A stretch of DNA of 64,000 bases from an uncultured Chitinophagales bacterium (GTDB lineage: Bacteria; Bacteroidota; Rhodothermia; Balneolales; CAYWCV01). Shown here in pieces: positions 46,814-57,346 of this stretch. Each line of letters opens with the position of its first letter. The first letter of the stretch is position 1. The notes under the pieces are model-generated. The model ran no database searches. It was given only the letters and a program-made list of their open reading frames with translations, and had not been told where the DNA came from. The position numbers and the translations under genes are program-made. The stretch covers positions 4,093-68,092 of the forward strand of contig CAYWCV010000006.1 of assembly GCA_964456845.1 (NCBI GenBank), written 5' to 3'.

Positions 46814-48751
46814 CTATTTGTAGCTACGCTGGCTAAGTTTAACGTTCTCGAATACAAGTGCTTCTTGATGAAGCTCGGGTGTTGCCTCGTCTCCCTTGAA
46901 TTCCCATGCCGACACGAAGGCGAACTGATCGTCGTCTCGGAGCGCCTCACCTTCTGGGGTCTGGTACTCCTCGCGGAAGTGACCTCCACAGGACTCGTTA
47001 CGGACGAGGGCGTCGTACGCCATAAGCTCGCCGAGCTCGAGGAAGTCGGCCACCCGTCCGGCAAATTCCAAGTACTTGTTGTAGGTGTCCTTCACTCCGG
47101 TGAGCTTCAAATTCTTCCAAAAATCTTCTTTGAGTGCCCGAATTTCGGAAATGGCCTCTTTCAGGCCGGCCTCATTGCGCGCCATGCCCACTTTGTCCCA
47201 CATGATCTTTCCAAGCTCTTTGTGGTACTCCATAACGGTTTTGTTACCGTTGATTGAAAGCATCCGATCAATTTTGGCACGCACATCCTTCTCTGCCTGC
47301 TCGAATGCAGGATGACTCGTGTTCATCACTTCAGTCTTGGCTGAAGCGAGGTAGTCGCCGAGCGTGTAGGGGATGACGAAATATCCGTCGGCCAGACCCT
47401 GCATAAGCGCCGAAGCTCCCAAGCGGTTTGCGCCGTGATCCGAGAAGTTGGCCTCGCCGAGCGCGAAAAGACCTGGAACGGTGGTCATGAGATTGTAGTC
47501 AACCCAAAGCCCACCCATGGTGTAATGGACGGCCGGGTAGATCATCATCGGGGTTTCGTACGGGTTGTCGCCGGTGATGCGCTCGTACATGTCGAAGAGG
47601 TTGCCGTACCGAGCTGCGATGGCGTCTTTGCCAAGTCGCTTGATGGAATCCTCAAAATCGAGGTAGACCGCCATGCCTGTTGGACCGACACCGCGGCCGT
47701 CGTCACATACGTCTTTCGCGTTGCGCGACGCAACATCGCGCGGCACGAGGTTTCCGAAGCTGGGATAACGGGTTTCGAGGAAGTAATCGCGCTCCGCATC
47801 AGGAATGTCCTTTGCCTTGCGCTTGTCATTTTTGGCTTTTGGGACCCATACGCGGCCGTCGTTTCTCAAACTTTCGCTCATGAGCGTCAGTTTCGACTGG
47901 TAATCTCCCAACTGCGGGATGCATGTGGGGTGGATTTGCGTGAAACAGGGGTTGCCAAAGAAGGCACCTTTTTTATAGCACCGCCATGCGGCGGTTACGT
48001 TCGAATTCTTTGCGTTCGTTGAGAGGAAATAGACGTTGCCATAACCTCCGGTACATAACAGGACAGCATCGGCTGCGTAGCGTTCGATGGCACCGTTGAG
48101 CAGGTTACGGGCGATGACCCCCTTCGCCTGGCCGTCGACGGTAACAAGGTCGACCATCTCACGGCGGGTGAGCATTTCGACATTGCCCAGGTCGACCTGC
48201 CGCATCAGGGCAGAATAAGCACCTAAGAGCAGCTGCTGGCCCGTCTGTCCCTTGGCATAGAATGTGCGCGACACCTGGGCGCCCCCAAACGAGCGATTGT
48301 CGAGCAAGCCACCGTACTCTCGAGCAAATGGGACTCCCTGGGCGACCGCCTGGTCGATGATGTTGACGCTGACTTCGGCCAAACGGTGAACGTTGGCCTC
48401 ACGGGCACGGTAGTCGCCGCCTTTCACGGTGTCGTAGAACAGGCGAAAGATGGTGTCGCCGTCGTTTTGGTAGTTCTTGGCCGCATTGATCCCCCCCTGG
48501 GCCGCAATACTGTGGGCTCTGCGCGGGGAGTCGTGGATCGTCATTGCCGTAACGTGGTACCCCAGCTCACCCAAGGCGGCGGCGGCCGACGCACCAGCCA
48601 GGCCGGTGCCGATGACTAAGATGTGCTTCTTCCGCTTGTTGGCTGGCGATACGAGTTTGATGGTGTTTTTGTGATTCGACCATTTATTGCCGACCGGACC
48701 GTCAGGGATCTTGGCGTCGAGCCTTGGAGATGTGTTGATGGAATTGCTCAT
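46814..48751 (-). CDS. sdhA: Succinate dehydrogenase/fumarate reductase flavoprotein subunit
   Basis: The FAD motif [10 protein letters not shown] and the covalent-FAD His region [13 protein letters not shown] are present. The length is 645 aa. Confidence 0.95.
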   Translation of the reverse strand: MSNSINTSPRLDAKIPDGPVGNKWSNHKNTIKLVSPANKRKKHILVIGTGLAGASAAAALGELGYHVTAMTIHDSPRRAHSIAAQGGINAAKNYQNDGDTIFRLFYDTVKGGDYRAREANVHRLAEVSVNIIDQAVAQGVPFAREYGGLLDNRSFGGAQVSRTFYAKGQTGQQLLLGAYSALMRQVDLGNVEMLTRREMVDLVTVDGQAKGVIARNLLNGAIERYAADAVLLCTGGYGNVYFLSTNAKNSNVTAAWRCYKKGAFFGNPCFTQIHPTCIPQLGDYQSKLTLMSESLRNDGRVWVPKAKNDKRKAKDIPDAERDYFLETRYPSFGNLVPRDVASRNAKDVCDDGRGVGPTGMAVYLDFEDSIKRLGKDAIAARYGNLFDMYERITGDNPYETPMMIYPAVHYTMGGLWVDYNLMTTVPGLFALGEANFSDHGANRLGASALMQGLADGYFVIPYTLGDYLASAKTEVMNTSHPAFEQAEKDVRAKIDRMLSINGNKTVMEYHKELGKIMWDKVGMARNEAGLKEAISEIRALKEDFWKNLKLTGVKDTYNKYLEFAGRVADFLELGELMAYDALVRNESCGGHFREEYQTPEGEALRDDDQFAFVSAWEFKGDEATPELHQEALVFENVKLSQRSYK

Positions 48752-48765
48752 GGTGTACAGACTCC

Positions 48766-49473
48766 TCAGTTAACGAAGAAATAGATGTAGACGGGGATGC
48801 TCAGAAAACCGACCGCCAGCAATATGCCGACAATCATCGCAGCAAACTGCATGGTCTTCCGCGCTGAAGGACGAATGGCACCCAGCGACTGAAAAGCACT
48901 CCAAAAACCATGGCGCAGGTGTAGGCCAAGCAGGATCATCACAAAGGTGTATCCAAGCACGTACAAGGGTTGCTTGAACGTCTCGACCACCAGCCGGTAT
49001 AAATCTCGGGCAGGTTCGCCATCCAATGTGGTCACATACCCCTCTGCAATGCCCGGTCCAAACTTGAACGTCCATATATGGATTACCAAAAAGATGAGCA
49101 ACACACTTCCCGTGATCAACATGGTGCGCGAACTCAAGTTTTGGGCGCTCGGTTCACCGGCAGACACATATTTTTGATAACCAACCGGACGCGCGCGACG
49201 CTTGCCAATCCAGATGTTGATGCCGATGGCGGCATGAAGCAGCAGCGTCAGCACAAGGCCGGCCTCTGCGATGTAAAGCAATATGCCCTGGCTCTCCAAA
49301 AATTTCGTATATGCATTAAATACAAGCCCCCCGTCGTTAAGAAATAGGGAGAAATTCCCCAATAAGTGGGCTATTGTAAACAGGATCCAAGCTATGCCGG
49401 TAATGCCAGTGAGCACTTTCTTGCCCACTGTGGTCCATGCCGACGACAGAAACGTCGCTTTTTGGGTATTCAT
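48766..49473 (-). CDS. sdhC: Succinate dehydrogenase cytochrome b subunit (b558 family, 5 TM)
   Basis: It is a 235-aa five-TM protein with conserved His residues, located directly upstream of sdhA. Confidence 0.85.
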   Translation of the reverse strand: MNTQKATFLSSAWTTVGKKVLTGITGIAWILFTIAHLLGNFSLFLNDGGLVFNAYTKFLESQGILLYIAEAGLVLTLLLHAAIGINIWIGKRRARPVGYQKYVSAGEPSAQNLSSRTMLITGSVLLIFLVIHIWTFKFGPGIAEGYVTTLDGEPARDLYRLVVETFKQPLYVLGYTFVMILLGLHLRHGFWSAFQSLGAIRPSARKTMQFAAMIVGILLAVGFLSIPVYIYFFVN

Positions 49474-49675
49474 ACCTGAAATGCGTTGAATGGAAAGGTA
49501 TTAGACCGTTGGTTTATTCCCTAAACTACCAAAAAAATGCGATTTTAAGAACACGTATTCGGTCTAAATAACCTCGGCATGCCTCAAATCTTCGACCGCA
49601 ACAAGATGGCGGAAAGTAAAGTTTCAATTTTTTGTGAAAATTCAGCATTCCGCAGCATGACGCTGCAGCATACAC

Positions 49676-50317
49676 ATGGATGAACTTCCCTTTTATTACA
49701 GCATTGACGCCGAATGTCGGGTCGACCTGCGCGAGAAAGGGTCGCGATTCGTCGCCTATCTGTTCCCGGTCTGGGAGGATGGAGTGTTTGAGCACAGGTT
49801 GAGCGATCTACGGAAAGAATTCTACGATGCAACCCACCATTGCTCGGCTGTGATACGATACGCCACACCTTTGGCGGAGCATGCCCACGACGACGGCGAA
49901 CCATCGGGTACGGCAGGACTGCCCATCTTAAATGCAATGAGATCGGCGCGTTTGGTCAATGCCGGGTTGATCGTCATCCGGTACTTCGGGGGGACAAAGC
50001 TCGGCAAGTCGGGGCTCATCGAAACCTACGGCGAGGCGGCGAGGCAGTGCATTCAATCATCCAATCTACGTAAAGTCGAGGCTGCAGCGACATTAAGGGT
50101 ACGATCAAGCTACGAAAACATGAAGACGGTGGATTTATTGCTTTCAAGGATGGCCGTTGACCGACTCTCATCTGAATATTTGGAAAGCGTCGCCATCACG
50201 ATCAGAATTAAGGCCGATGACATCGCCCGCTTCAGGAATAATTTTGACCAAGTCGAATATACCGGCATTAAATATGAACTTGAACAGGCAGGTCTGGTGT
50301 TCGCACGTACGGATTGA
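49676..50317 (+). CDS. yigZ: YigZ/IMPACT-family protein (UPF0029)
   Basis: Motifs KGSRFVAYLFPV, ATHHCSA, DDGEPSGTAGLPIL and VIRYFGGTKLG are present. Confidence 0.85.
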   Translation: MDELPFYYSIDAECRVDLREKGSRFVAYLFPVWEDGVFEHRLSDLRKEFYDATHHCSAVIRYATPLAEHAHDDGEPSGTAGLPILNAMRSARLVNAGLIVIRYFGGTKLGKSGLIETYGEAARQCIQSSNLRKVEAAATLRVRSSYENMKTVDLLLSRMAVDRLSSEYLESVAITIRIKADDIARFRNNFDQVEYTGIKYELEQAGLVFARTD

Positions 50318-50344
50318 TACTGAATAAAACCTTACCTTTGTGGC

Positions 50345-50887
50345 ATGAAAATTTATACAAAAACAGGAGATGACGGCACAACCGGTTTATACGGTGGTGG
50401 CCGGGTGAGCAAGGCTTCTGCCCGAATCGAATGCTATGGCACCGTCGACGAATTAAACTCCGTGCTAGGCATTGCACTCAGCCGCGAATGCAGTTCCGAG
50501 TGCCGGCGTTACCTTACCACCATCCAGCACTCGCTGTTTATCCTTGGCGCAGATCTTGCCACTCCACACGATGCCAAGGCCTCGGTCGATCGGATTGAGG
50601 AGCAGCATGCGACCCAGCTGGAGCAGTGGATCGATGAATTGGACGCAAAGCTCATGCCCTTGAAAAATTTCATCCTCCCTGGAGGCACGGAATCTGCGTC
50701 GGTGCTTCATCTGGCACGTACCGTATGTCGCAGAGCCGAGAGGCTGTGTGTTGCCGCGCACGATACCGAAGACTTGGGAGATGCGGTGGTTCACTTCCTG
50801 AACCGACTGAGCGACTTCCTGTTCATGTTGGCAAGATGGGAGAACCAGGCTGCCGGCATCGAAGACACACCCTGGATTACACGCTGA
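50345..50887 (+). CDS. PduO-type ATP:cob(I)alamin adenosyltransferase
   Basis: The N-terminus MKIYTKTGDDGTTGLYGG...VSKASARIECYGTVDELNS is present. The length is 180 aa. Confidence 0.9.
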   Translation: MKIYTKTGDDGTTGLYGGGRVSKASARIECYGTVDELNSVLGIALSRECSSECRRYLTTIQHSLFILGADLATPHDAKASVDRIEEQHATQLEQWIDELDAKLMPLKNFILPGGTESASVLHLARTVCRRAERLCVAAHDTEDLGDAVVHFLNRLSDFLFMLARWENQAAGIEDTPWITR

Positions 50888-50890
50888 TCT

Positions 50891-52765
50891 ATGCCCCGTA
50901 AAAAGTCCCTAAGCAAGCAGCCTGAATTAAGCACTTCAAAGAGGAGGGCTTTCACTGCTGCGGCTTTGTCGATGCCGCTGATTCTCTTTCTGCTGCTTGA
51001 GATTGGGCTGCGGATAGGCGGCTATGGTGGCGACCTGAATCTGTTCATGAAATTCGCGGGCTACGGGGGTGGAGAACTGTATACGCCAAACCCGAATTAT
51101 GCAGCCAGGTATTTCGTGAATGTGCGATTGATCCCAACTCCATCGAGGGACAGCTTCCTGGTCGAAAAGCCCGACAACGGCCTGAGGCTCTTCGTAATGG
51201 GAGAATCGACCACTGCGGGCTACCCGTATGGATTCAATGGCATGTTTTCGCGCGTTCTCAGAGACGCGTTGATCGATGTGTTGCCAAACGACTCCGTCGA
51301 GGTAGTCAACGTTGCCACATCGGCGGTCAATTCCTACACGGTTTTCGATCAAACCGACGACATACTCAGGCATGAACCAGATGGTGTGTTGATCTATCTG
51401 GGTCACAACGAGTTTTATGGAGCTTTGGGTGTGGCTTCATCCGAGAGTCTTGGTGCGTTTCCAGGATTTGTCCGCTTTTACCTCAAGTTACAGCGTCTGC
51501 GAACCTTTCTGCTCCTGAGAGATGCCGTGGCAAGTTTAGCTGGCCTATTTGCAGGTGATCCGAGCGAGGGCACACTCATGCAGCGTGTCGTGCGCGAACA
51601 GCAGATCCCACTCGACTCGGATCTATACAAAATGGGCCGCCGACAGTTCGAAAGCAACCTTGATGCCATCTTATCCAAGTTTAGGGAGGCTGGTGTTCCG
51701 GTCTTCATTGCCAGTGTCACAAGCAACACGATCGACCAACCTCCATTTGAGTCGGTCGATACCGAGATGTACCCCCCGGCACATGTGGTTTACGCCGAGG
51801 CCCAAAACCTGTTGGCCCAGGGCGACACGTCGGCGGCGCGTCGATCCTTTAAGCTCGCCCGCGACTTGGACGCGCTTCGATTCAGGGCAACCGACGATTT
51901 CAACCTGGTCATCAAAGACGTTGCCAAACGGCACAATGCGGTGTACGTGCCCGTCGCAGAGGCTTTCGAGGCCGCCAGTCCCGGCGGGATGGTCGGGATG
52001 AACCTGATGCTCGAACACCTGCACCCTAACGACACGGGCTATCACCTGATGGGGAAAGTCTTTTACGAGTCGGTGGCAGCGAACGGTTTCTTCGGTCGGT
52101 CCGCCAATCCTGAACACCTTGAAGACTGGGCCGTTTACAAAGACCGAATGTACTTGTCGGCATTTGAGCACAGATCTGTGTGGCACCGACTTCAAGTACT
52201 CATGCAGTCGTGGCCATTTGTGAAGGAACAGCTCACAGACTACCGTACCAGTTATGTGCCTGCCGACATGATTGACTCCACCGCCTATTCATTTGTGAAT
52301 GGCGATGTCAACTGGGAAAAATCAAAGGTCGATCTCGGAGAATGGTACGAACGAAATGGCCGTCACGACGAAGCTATTCTGGAGTATCGGGGCTTGATGC
52401 GGGATCAGCCGCAAAACGACAGCCCCATGCTCTTTGTGGCTCGAATCCTGCTCGATCGGGGCGATTATTCCCAAGCACTGCCTTTGCTTGAAACGGCGTA
52501 CAGGATCAGCCCCTCAGCGTACGGGTTGAAGATGTTGGGAGCGCTCGAGATTGACCGCAACAATCTGGACAGGGGAATTGAACTTCTCGAAAAGTCACTT
52601 TCTATGCGTGCCGACGACCCTCAAACTACCTTCAATTTGTCAGGTGCCTGGGCTTTGAAGGGTGACTACGCGAAGGCATTGGATTACGCAAACAAAACGG
52701 AAGCCTTGAACCCCCGCTTCCCGGGTCTTCAAGGCCTGAAACAACAGCTATTGTCGCTTCAGTAA
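50891..52765 (+). CDS. Membrane-anchored SGNH-hydrolase-like protein with C-terminal TPR domain
   Basis: An N-terminal TM segment (AAALSMPLILFLLLEIGL) is followed by block I FVMGESTTAGYPYG, a later GHNEF motif, and TPR-like repeats in the last 200 aa. Confidence 0.55.
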   Translation: MPRKKSLSKQPELSTSKRRAFTAAALSMPLILFLLLEIGLRIGGYGGDLNLFMKFAGYGGGELYTPNPNYAARYFVNVRLIPTPSRDSFLVEKPDNGLRLFVMGESTTAGYPYGFNGMFSRVLRDALIDVLPNDSVEVVNVATSAVNSYTVFDQTDDILRHEPDGVLIYLGHNEFYGALGVASSESLGAFPGFVRFYLKLQRLRTFLLLRDAVASLAGLFAGDPSEGTLMQRVVREQQIPLDSDLYKMGRRQFESNLDAILSKFREAGVPVFIASVTSNTIDQPPFESVDTEMYPPAHVVYAEAQNLLAQGDTSAARRSFKLARDLDALRFRATDDFNLVIKDVAKRHNAVYVPVAEAFEAASPGGMVGMNLMLEHLHPNDTGYHLMGKVFYESVAANGFFGRSANPEHLEDWAVYKDRMYLSAFEHRSVWHRLQVLMQSWPFVKEQLTDYRTSYVPADMIDSTAYSFVNGDVNWEKSKVDLGEWYERNGRHDEAILEYRGLMRDQPQNDSPMLFVARILLDRGDYSQALPLLETAYRISPSAYGLKMLGALEIDRNNLDRGIELLEKSLSMRADDPQTTFNLSGAWALKGDYAKALDYANKTEALNPRFPGLQGLKQQLLSLQ

Positions 52766-52791
52766 CAAACTATCAGCAAGGAGTCCGATCT

Positions 52792-54129
52792 ATGTTAATG
52801 ATATCGGTATCAGGAATCAGAGGTATCGTGGGACAAGATCTTTACCCCGAGAACACGGCGCGTTACGCCGCTGCGTTTGGTACGTGGGCAAAACGGGGAC
52901 GAATTGTCGTAGGCCGCGACACGCGGGTATCCGGCCCCATGTTGGAAGACGTGGTGGTGGCCGCTTTACAGTCGGTGGGTTGCGATGTGGTAAGGGTCGG
53001 CGTGGTGCCGACTCCAACCGTTGCTATGGCCGTACTTAAGCACAATGCTGCCGGTGCGGTAATACTGTCGGCCAGCCACAATCCCGCAGAGTGGAACGCC
53101 CTTAAGTTTCTAAACGGGAAAAGCGAGTTCTTGGCACCTGAAGAGGGCCATGAGGTTCTCGACATCGCAGCTAGCGGGACGATGCGCTATGTATCATACT
53201 CCGAACTTGGCAACGTAACCTACGATCATGAATCGCTGGATTTCCACATCAGGAAAATTCTCGAACTACCTTATATCGACCGTGAAAAAATTGCAGCCTG
53301 CGATTTTAAAGTTGCCGTCGACGCGGTGAACGGCGCTGGCAGTGAGAGCATACCCAAGCTGCTGTCGGCTTTGGGAGTTGCATCCATCGAGACGGTCCAC
53401 TGCACTCCCGACGGTCTGTTTCCGCACAACCCGGAGCCTCTGCCCGAGCACTTAGACGACATCAGAGAGCTCGTGAAATCAACCGGTTGCGACATCGGCT
53501 TTGTGACCGACCCTGATGCCGACCGACTGGCCGTTGTCGACAATGAGGGCACACTCTGGGGCGAGGAGAACACACAGGCTGCAGCCTTCGACTTCCTATT
53601 AGCCATCAAACCGGGTGCGGTGGCAACCAATTTGTCGTCCTCAGACGTGTGCGAAGTGATCGCATCTTCTTATGGCCAAACTGTTTTCCGTTCGCCCGTC
53701 GGCGAAATTCACGTCGTGCGAGCCATGCAAAGAAACTCCTGTGTCATAGGTGGTGAAGGCAATGGTGGCGTCATAAACCCCGACCTGCACTATGGCCGAG
53801 ACGCCTTGGTCGGCATCGCCATGATTTTGCAACTGCTTGCAGACCGCGAGATCACGGCTGCAGATTACCGCAAGAAGCTGCCTGCATTTTTTATCAGCAA
53901 AAATAAGGTCCAACTCTCAGAAACGGATCCAGACCGTGTGCTGCAGCAGATTGTGTCCAAGTTCGCTGGCCAAGCACCGATCACGATAGACGGAGTCAAA
54001 ATCAGGTTCGACGAGGGATGGGTCCATCTGCGTAAATCTAACACGGAGCCGATCATTCGAATTTATTCAGAAGCAGGGTCACCGGAGATTGCCGAGGCTT
54101 TAGCTCGGCGCATCATGCAGGATCTTTGA
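52792..54129 (+). CDS. glmM: Phosphoglucosamine mutase (alpha-D-phosphohexomutase family)
   Basis: Motifs SVSGIRGIVG, the active-site SASHNPAEWNALKF, and DPDADR are present. The length is 445 aa. Confidence 0.8.
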   Translation: MLMISVSGIRGIVGQDLYPENTARYAAAFGTWAKRGRIVVGRDTRVSGPMLEDVVVAALQSVGCDVVRVGVVPTPTVAMAVLKHNAAGAVILSASHNPAEWNALKFLNGKSEFLAPEEGHEVLDIAASGTMRYVSYSELGNVTYDHESLDFHIRKILELPYIDREKIAACDFKVAVDAVNGAGSESIPKLLSALGVASIETVHCTPDGLFPHNPEPLPEHLDDIRELVKSTGCDIGFVTDPDADRLAVVDNEGTLWGEENTQAAAFDFLLAIKPGAVATNLSSSDVCEVIASSYGQTVFRSPVGEIHVVRAMQRNSCVIGGEGNGGVINPDLHYGRDALVGIAMILQLLADREITAADYRKKLPAFFISKNKVQLSETDPDRVLQQIVSKFAGQAPITIDGVKIRFDEGWVHLRKSNTEPIIRIYSEAGSPEIAEALARRIMQDL

Positions 54130-57100
54130 CCGAAGCCTGTTTGCGATTCGATGCTCCTTTTTCCCAAATACCCGCCAGAAGAAGCAACAAAATCGCCGAA
54201 AGGCCAAGGCCCCAGCTTACCACAATGGCCATATTGCGCCAAAACTCGCTGCCTCCGAACAAAATCAGAGGCATCAGTCCGCCGATAGTGGTTACGCTAG
54301 TGAGTATCACAGACCTCGTTTTGTCTCGGTACACATGCAGCCATGCCCTATGGCCGTTAATACCTCTTCTTTTGGCCTCCAGGCGGCGATGCATGAGTAG
54401 AATACTGTTGTTCACAACTACCCCGATGCACAGTAGCGCGCCTGATATCGCACCGCGGTCGAAGGCAATGTCGTGCTCCATCACGCCGTACATGATGCCC
54501 AAAGCACTTAGGGGCACGGCCAGTATGACCGCCCACGACGCCGACCAGCTCTCAAGTAGTGCCGACACCACCATCCACACGCAAAAAACAGCCATGAATA
54601 ATGTGATGGCCAAGCTCATTCCCTGATCGTTCGTTCGGTTAAAGAAATTGTATGTTGGACGATCGGCTGTGATACCGACAGGCACCGGCAGTGCTTCCAG
54701 CGTTTCGGTAAGGAAATCGTTGCCATTTTTGTAGGATCCCAAGTATTCGAAGCTGACCGTCCGTGTGTAGGTTTGGTCCTGTTTTTGGATGCGTGCCATC
54801 ACCTCCTGCTTTTCAAGCGATGCAACTTCGTCGACTTTAAGGTAGGCTTGGCCTACCCTCCTCATATCGGAGCCGAACTGCTCCTGATAGCGTGTTCCCG
54901 CCCTATATCGGGTGATGAGGTAATGTCTGCGTCCGTTCAGTTCCACATGTCCAAACCCGGAGTATTCCGGATTCATGTCCATTTGCAGGCTGGCGAGCAC
55001 TTCACGACGGCTGAGGTTTTTCAGGTATAAGTCTGTATCGTCAAAACGCAGCACATAGTGCCAAAGGCGCTGGTTAGATGTAAAGCTGCGGTTAAGTTCC
55101 ACGTTCTGTACTCTCCGATTTAGCTCCAGTCTGGCTTTTAGATCAGCTGCGACCAGGTCGATCTCTTCCATCGAGTAACCGCGTATCTGAACCTGGAAAT
55201 TCGCAAGCCCACCTCCCCCACCAGAGAAGTACCCGTCGCCAAATCCGCTCACACTGATACTGGAGTTGCCCGTATAAGCCGCCAGGTACATCATCTCCCC
55301 TTTCATGACGTAGGGCTCTCGCTTATACAGATACTCATCCTTGAAATAGAAGACCATGGTTGTGCCCGAATACTCTGAAACACGGGTTTCGTAGTAATCG
55401 ATGGCGTGGCCAAATACGTTGGCGATCTCCTCGAAACTCAAGGCAATTTTATTGAGCTCTTCGAGAGGGGTGCCAAGTGGGGTGTTCACATTCACGCGGA
55501 TGTTTTCTCTGAACACCCCTTTGAATGGTTCGCCAAAATAGGTGTTGCGGTAAAATCGATACCCAACTCCTCCAATGTAGGGGTCGATCCAGTCCCGCTT
55601 CGAAATGTAGGCTTTCTTAGCCATGGCTACGAAGCTGCTGTCGGCTGGTGGCGGTGTCTGCCCCATAGCAAAGTTGCGAGGCGAATCGTTGATAAGGTAG
55701 ACGGGTATACCAATCGTGAGCATGATGGCCACATACACCAGCCACCTGTACCGATGACGCAAGTGCATGAATCGCATCAACCAACGGTTTGGCCGCCACC
55801 ATGTGGGTCTGAGCCGTGGCCGCACCGCTGTTACCTGCCGTGATGGTACCAACCATATCATGGCATACGGCATCCACGTGAGCGATATCAACACGGATGC
55901 CAACAGCGTCACCGTTACCCCTATCCCAAGTGGGGCCAGGAACATGCGAAGCTGCTCGTAGCTGAACAGTAGCGGCACAAAAATGGCGATGGTCGTGAGG
56001 GTGCTTCCCACAACAGGAACAATGGCTCGCTTGAGCTCCTTGCCGTAAAATTGGATTCTGTCGTTGCGCGATTCAGGTTTGCGGATGTTAAGCTGTTCGT
56101 ATACGACGATGGCATTATCCACCAGCATCCCCAGTGATATCGTCAAGGCGGCCAAAGTGATCACATTTAACGACACGCCCATGAGGTAGAGTGCCAAAAC
56201 GCCGAGCATGAGCGAAAAAATGATGCATAGGAGGATCAAAATGGGCGCCCTCAACCTGCGAATGAATACTAGCAGCAACGAAAAGACCACCAACAAGCTC
56301 AACAACGCATCTGTTTGAAGATCATCGAGCTGCCTGCGTAAATCTTCGGTGGAATCGGATTCCAACCGCAACACGACTTCACTGGGCAATGTCGATTCGA
56401 TGGCTTCCATTCGGGCGCGAATTTCGTCGGCCAAAGTCAGCGCATCAGCCCCCGACTCCTTGTGGAAAATGAGGGTGAGCGCTGGATTTCCGTTGATTCT
56501 TCGAATCGACTTCTCCGGTCTGTCTTGAATCGATACATTTGCTATGTCTGAAACACGCAGCTGCCGGTTTGTGCCCGGAATCACGACGGGAATGTTGCGG
56601 ATGTCGTCAATGCTGCCGACCTGCGGTGGGGCATACATGTTCTTGCGGCTGTCGGCTACAGGCACCCAGCCAGCAGTACGACGACCGAGACGCTGGTTCA
56701 CCGTCGCAGATACCGAGGCAGGAGTAATTCCAAGGTTTTCGACCACATCTTTGTCAAACTCAAGTACGATAGCCGGTTCGCGAGCCCCCGAAAGCTCGAT
56801 CTCGGCCAATCCTTCCACACCAAGGAGTGGTCGCTGAATTTGGGATTCGGCAATTTCGAATAGGTCGTGATTTTCAAGTTCCCCACTTATGGAATAGGTG
56901 AGGAATGTCTGAAGATCCTTGAGTTCGTCGGGCACACGCTTACTCACGTTTGGCGGGCTTACCGACCTAGGCCACTCTTCGGCCAAAAGCACCAGCTTTT
57001 CGCGCAGTTCAATGACCCGAAAATCGATGGGGGCATATTTGGCAAACTCGATGGTCACCGTCGACGATCCTTCCGAGGTGATGCTGTTAATCTGCGTCAC

Positions 57101-57346
57101 ATCCCTGAGCTGTGTCGCTACAGCCTCGACCTTGCGTGTCACCTCCTGTTCCATCACCTGTGGCGAGGTCCTCGCCCAAGAAAACGACACCGAAACGCTG
57201 GGCAGTTGGATGTTCGGCGAGAGCTCGACGGGTATGCGCAACCAAGCCGCAACCCCGACAATAATCACAGCAATGTAAAAAAAGCTGATCAGGTATTTAC
57301 GCCTGAACAGACCTAGGATAATGCTGTGTGTTCCATCAGAGTGCAT
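54113..57346 (-). CDS. RND efflux transporter permease (second permease of the operon)
   Basis: The start ATG at 57344-57346 shares one nucleotide with the adaptor gene's TGA stop. It has an RND 12-TM architecture, with the TM4 motif SLGMLVDNAIVVYE. The 60 upstream codons of the listed ORF are spurious. Confidence 0.88.
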   Translation of the reverse strand: MHSDGTHSIILGLFRRKYLISFFYIAVIIVGVAAWLRIPVELSPNIQLPSVSVSFSWARTSPQVMEQEVTRKVEAVATQLRDVTQINSITSEGSSTVTIEFAKYAPIDFRVIELREKLVLLAEEWPRSVSPPNVSKRVPDELKDLQTFLTYSISGELENHDLFEIAESQIQRPLLGVEGLAEIELSGAREPAIVLEFDKDVVENLGITPASVSATVNQRLGRRTAGWVPVADSRKNMYAPPQVGSIDDIRNIPVVIPGTNRQLRVSDIANVSIQDRPEKSIRRINGNPALTLIFHKESGADALTLADEIRARMEAIESTLPSEVVLRLESDSTEDLRRQLDDLQTDALLSLLVVFSLLLVFIRRLRAPILILLCIIFSLMLGVLALYLMGVSLNVITLAALTISLGMLVDNAIVVYEQLNIRKPESRNDRIQFYGKELKRAIVPVVGSTLTTIAIFVPLLFSYEQLRMFLAPLGIGVTVTLLASVLISLTWMPYAMIWLVPSRQVTAVRPRLRPTWWRPNRWLMRFMHLRHRYRWLVYVAIMLTIGIPVYLINDSPRNFAMGQTPPPADSSFVAMAKKAYISKRDWIDPYIGGVGYRFYRNTYFGEPFKGVFRENIRVNVNTPLGTPLEELNKIALSFEEIANVFGHAIDYYETRVSEYSGTTMVFYFKDEYLYKREPYVMKGEMMYLAAYTGNSSISVSGFGDGYFSGGGGGLANFQVQIRGYSMEEIDLVAADLKARLELNRRVQNVELNRSFTSNQRLWHYVLRFDDTDLYLKNLSRREVLASLQMDMNPEYSGFGHVELNGRRHYLITRYRAGTRYQEQFGSDMRRVGQAYLKVDEVASLEKQEVMARIQKQDQTYTRTVSFEYLGSYKNGNDFLTETLEALPVPVGITADRPTYNFFNRTNDQGMSLAITLFMAVFCVWMVVSALLESWSASWAVILAVPLSALGIMYGVMEHDIAFDRGAISGALLCIGVVVNNSILLMHRRLEAKRRGINGHRAWLHVYRDKTRSVILTSVTTIGGLMPLILFGGSEFWRNMAIVVSWGLGLSAILLLLLAGIWEKGASNRKQASVKDPA

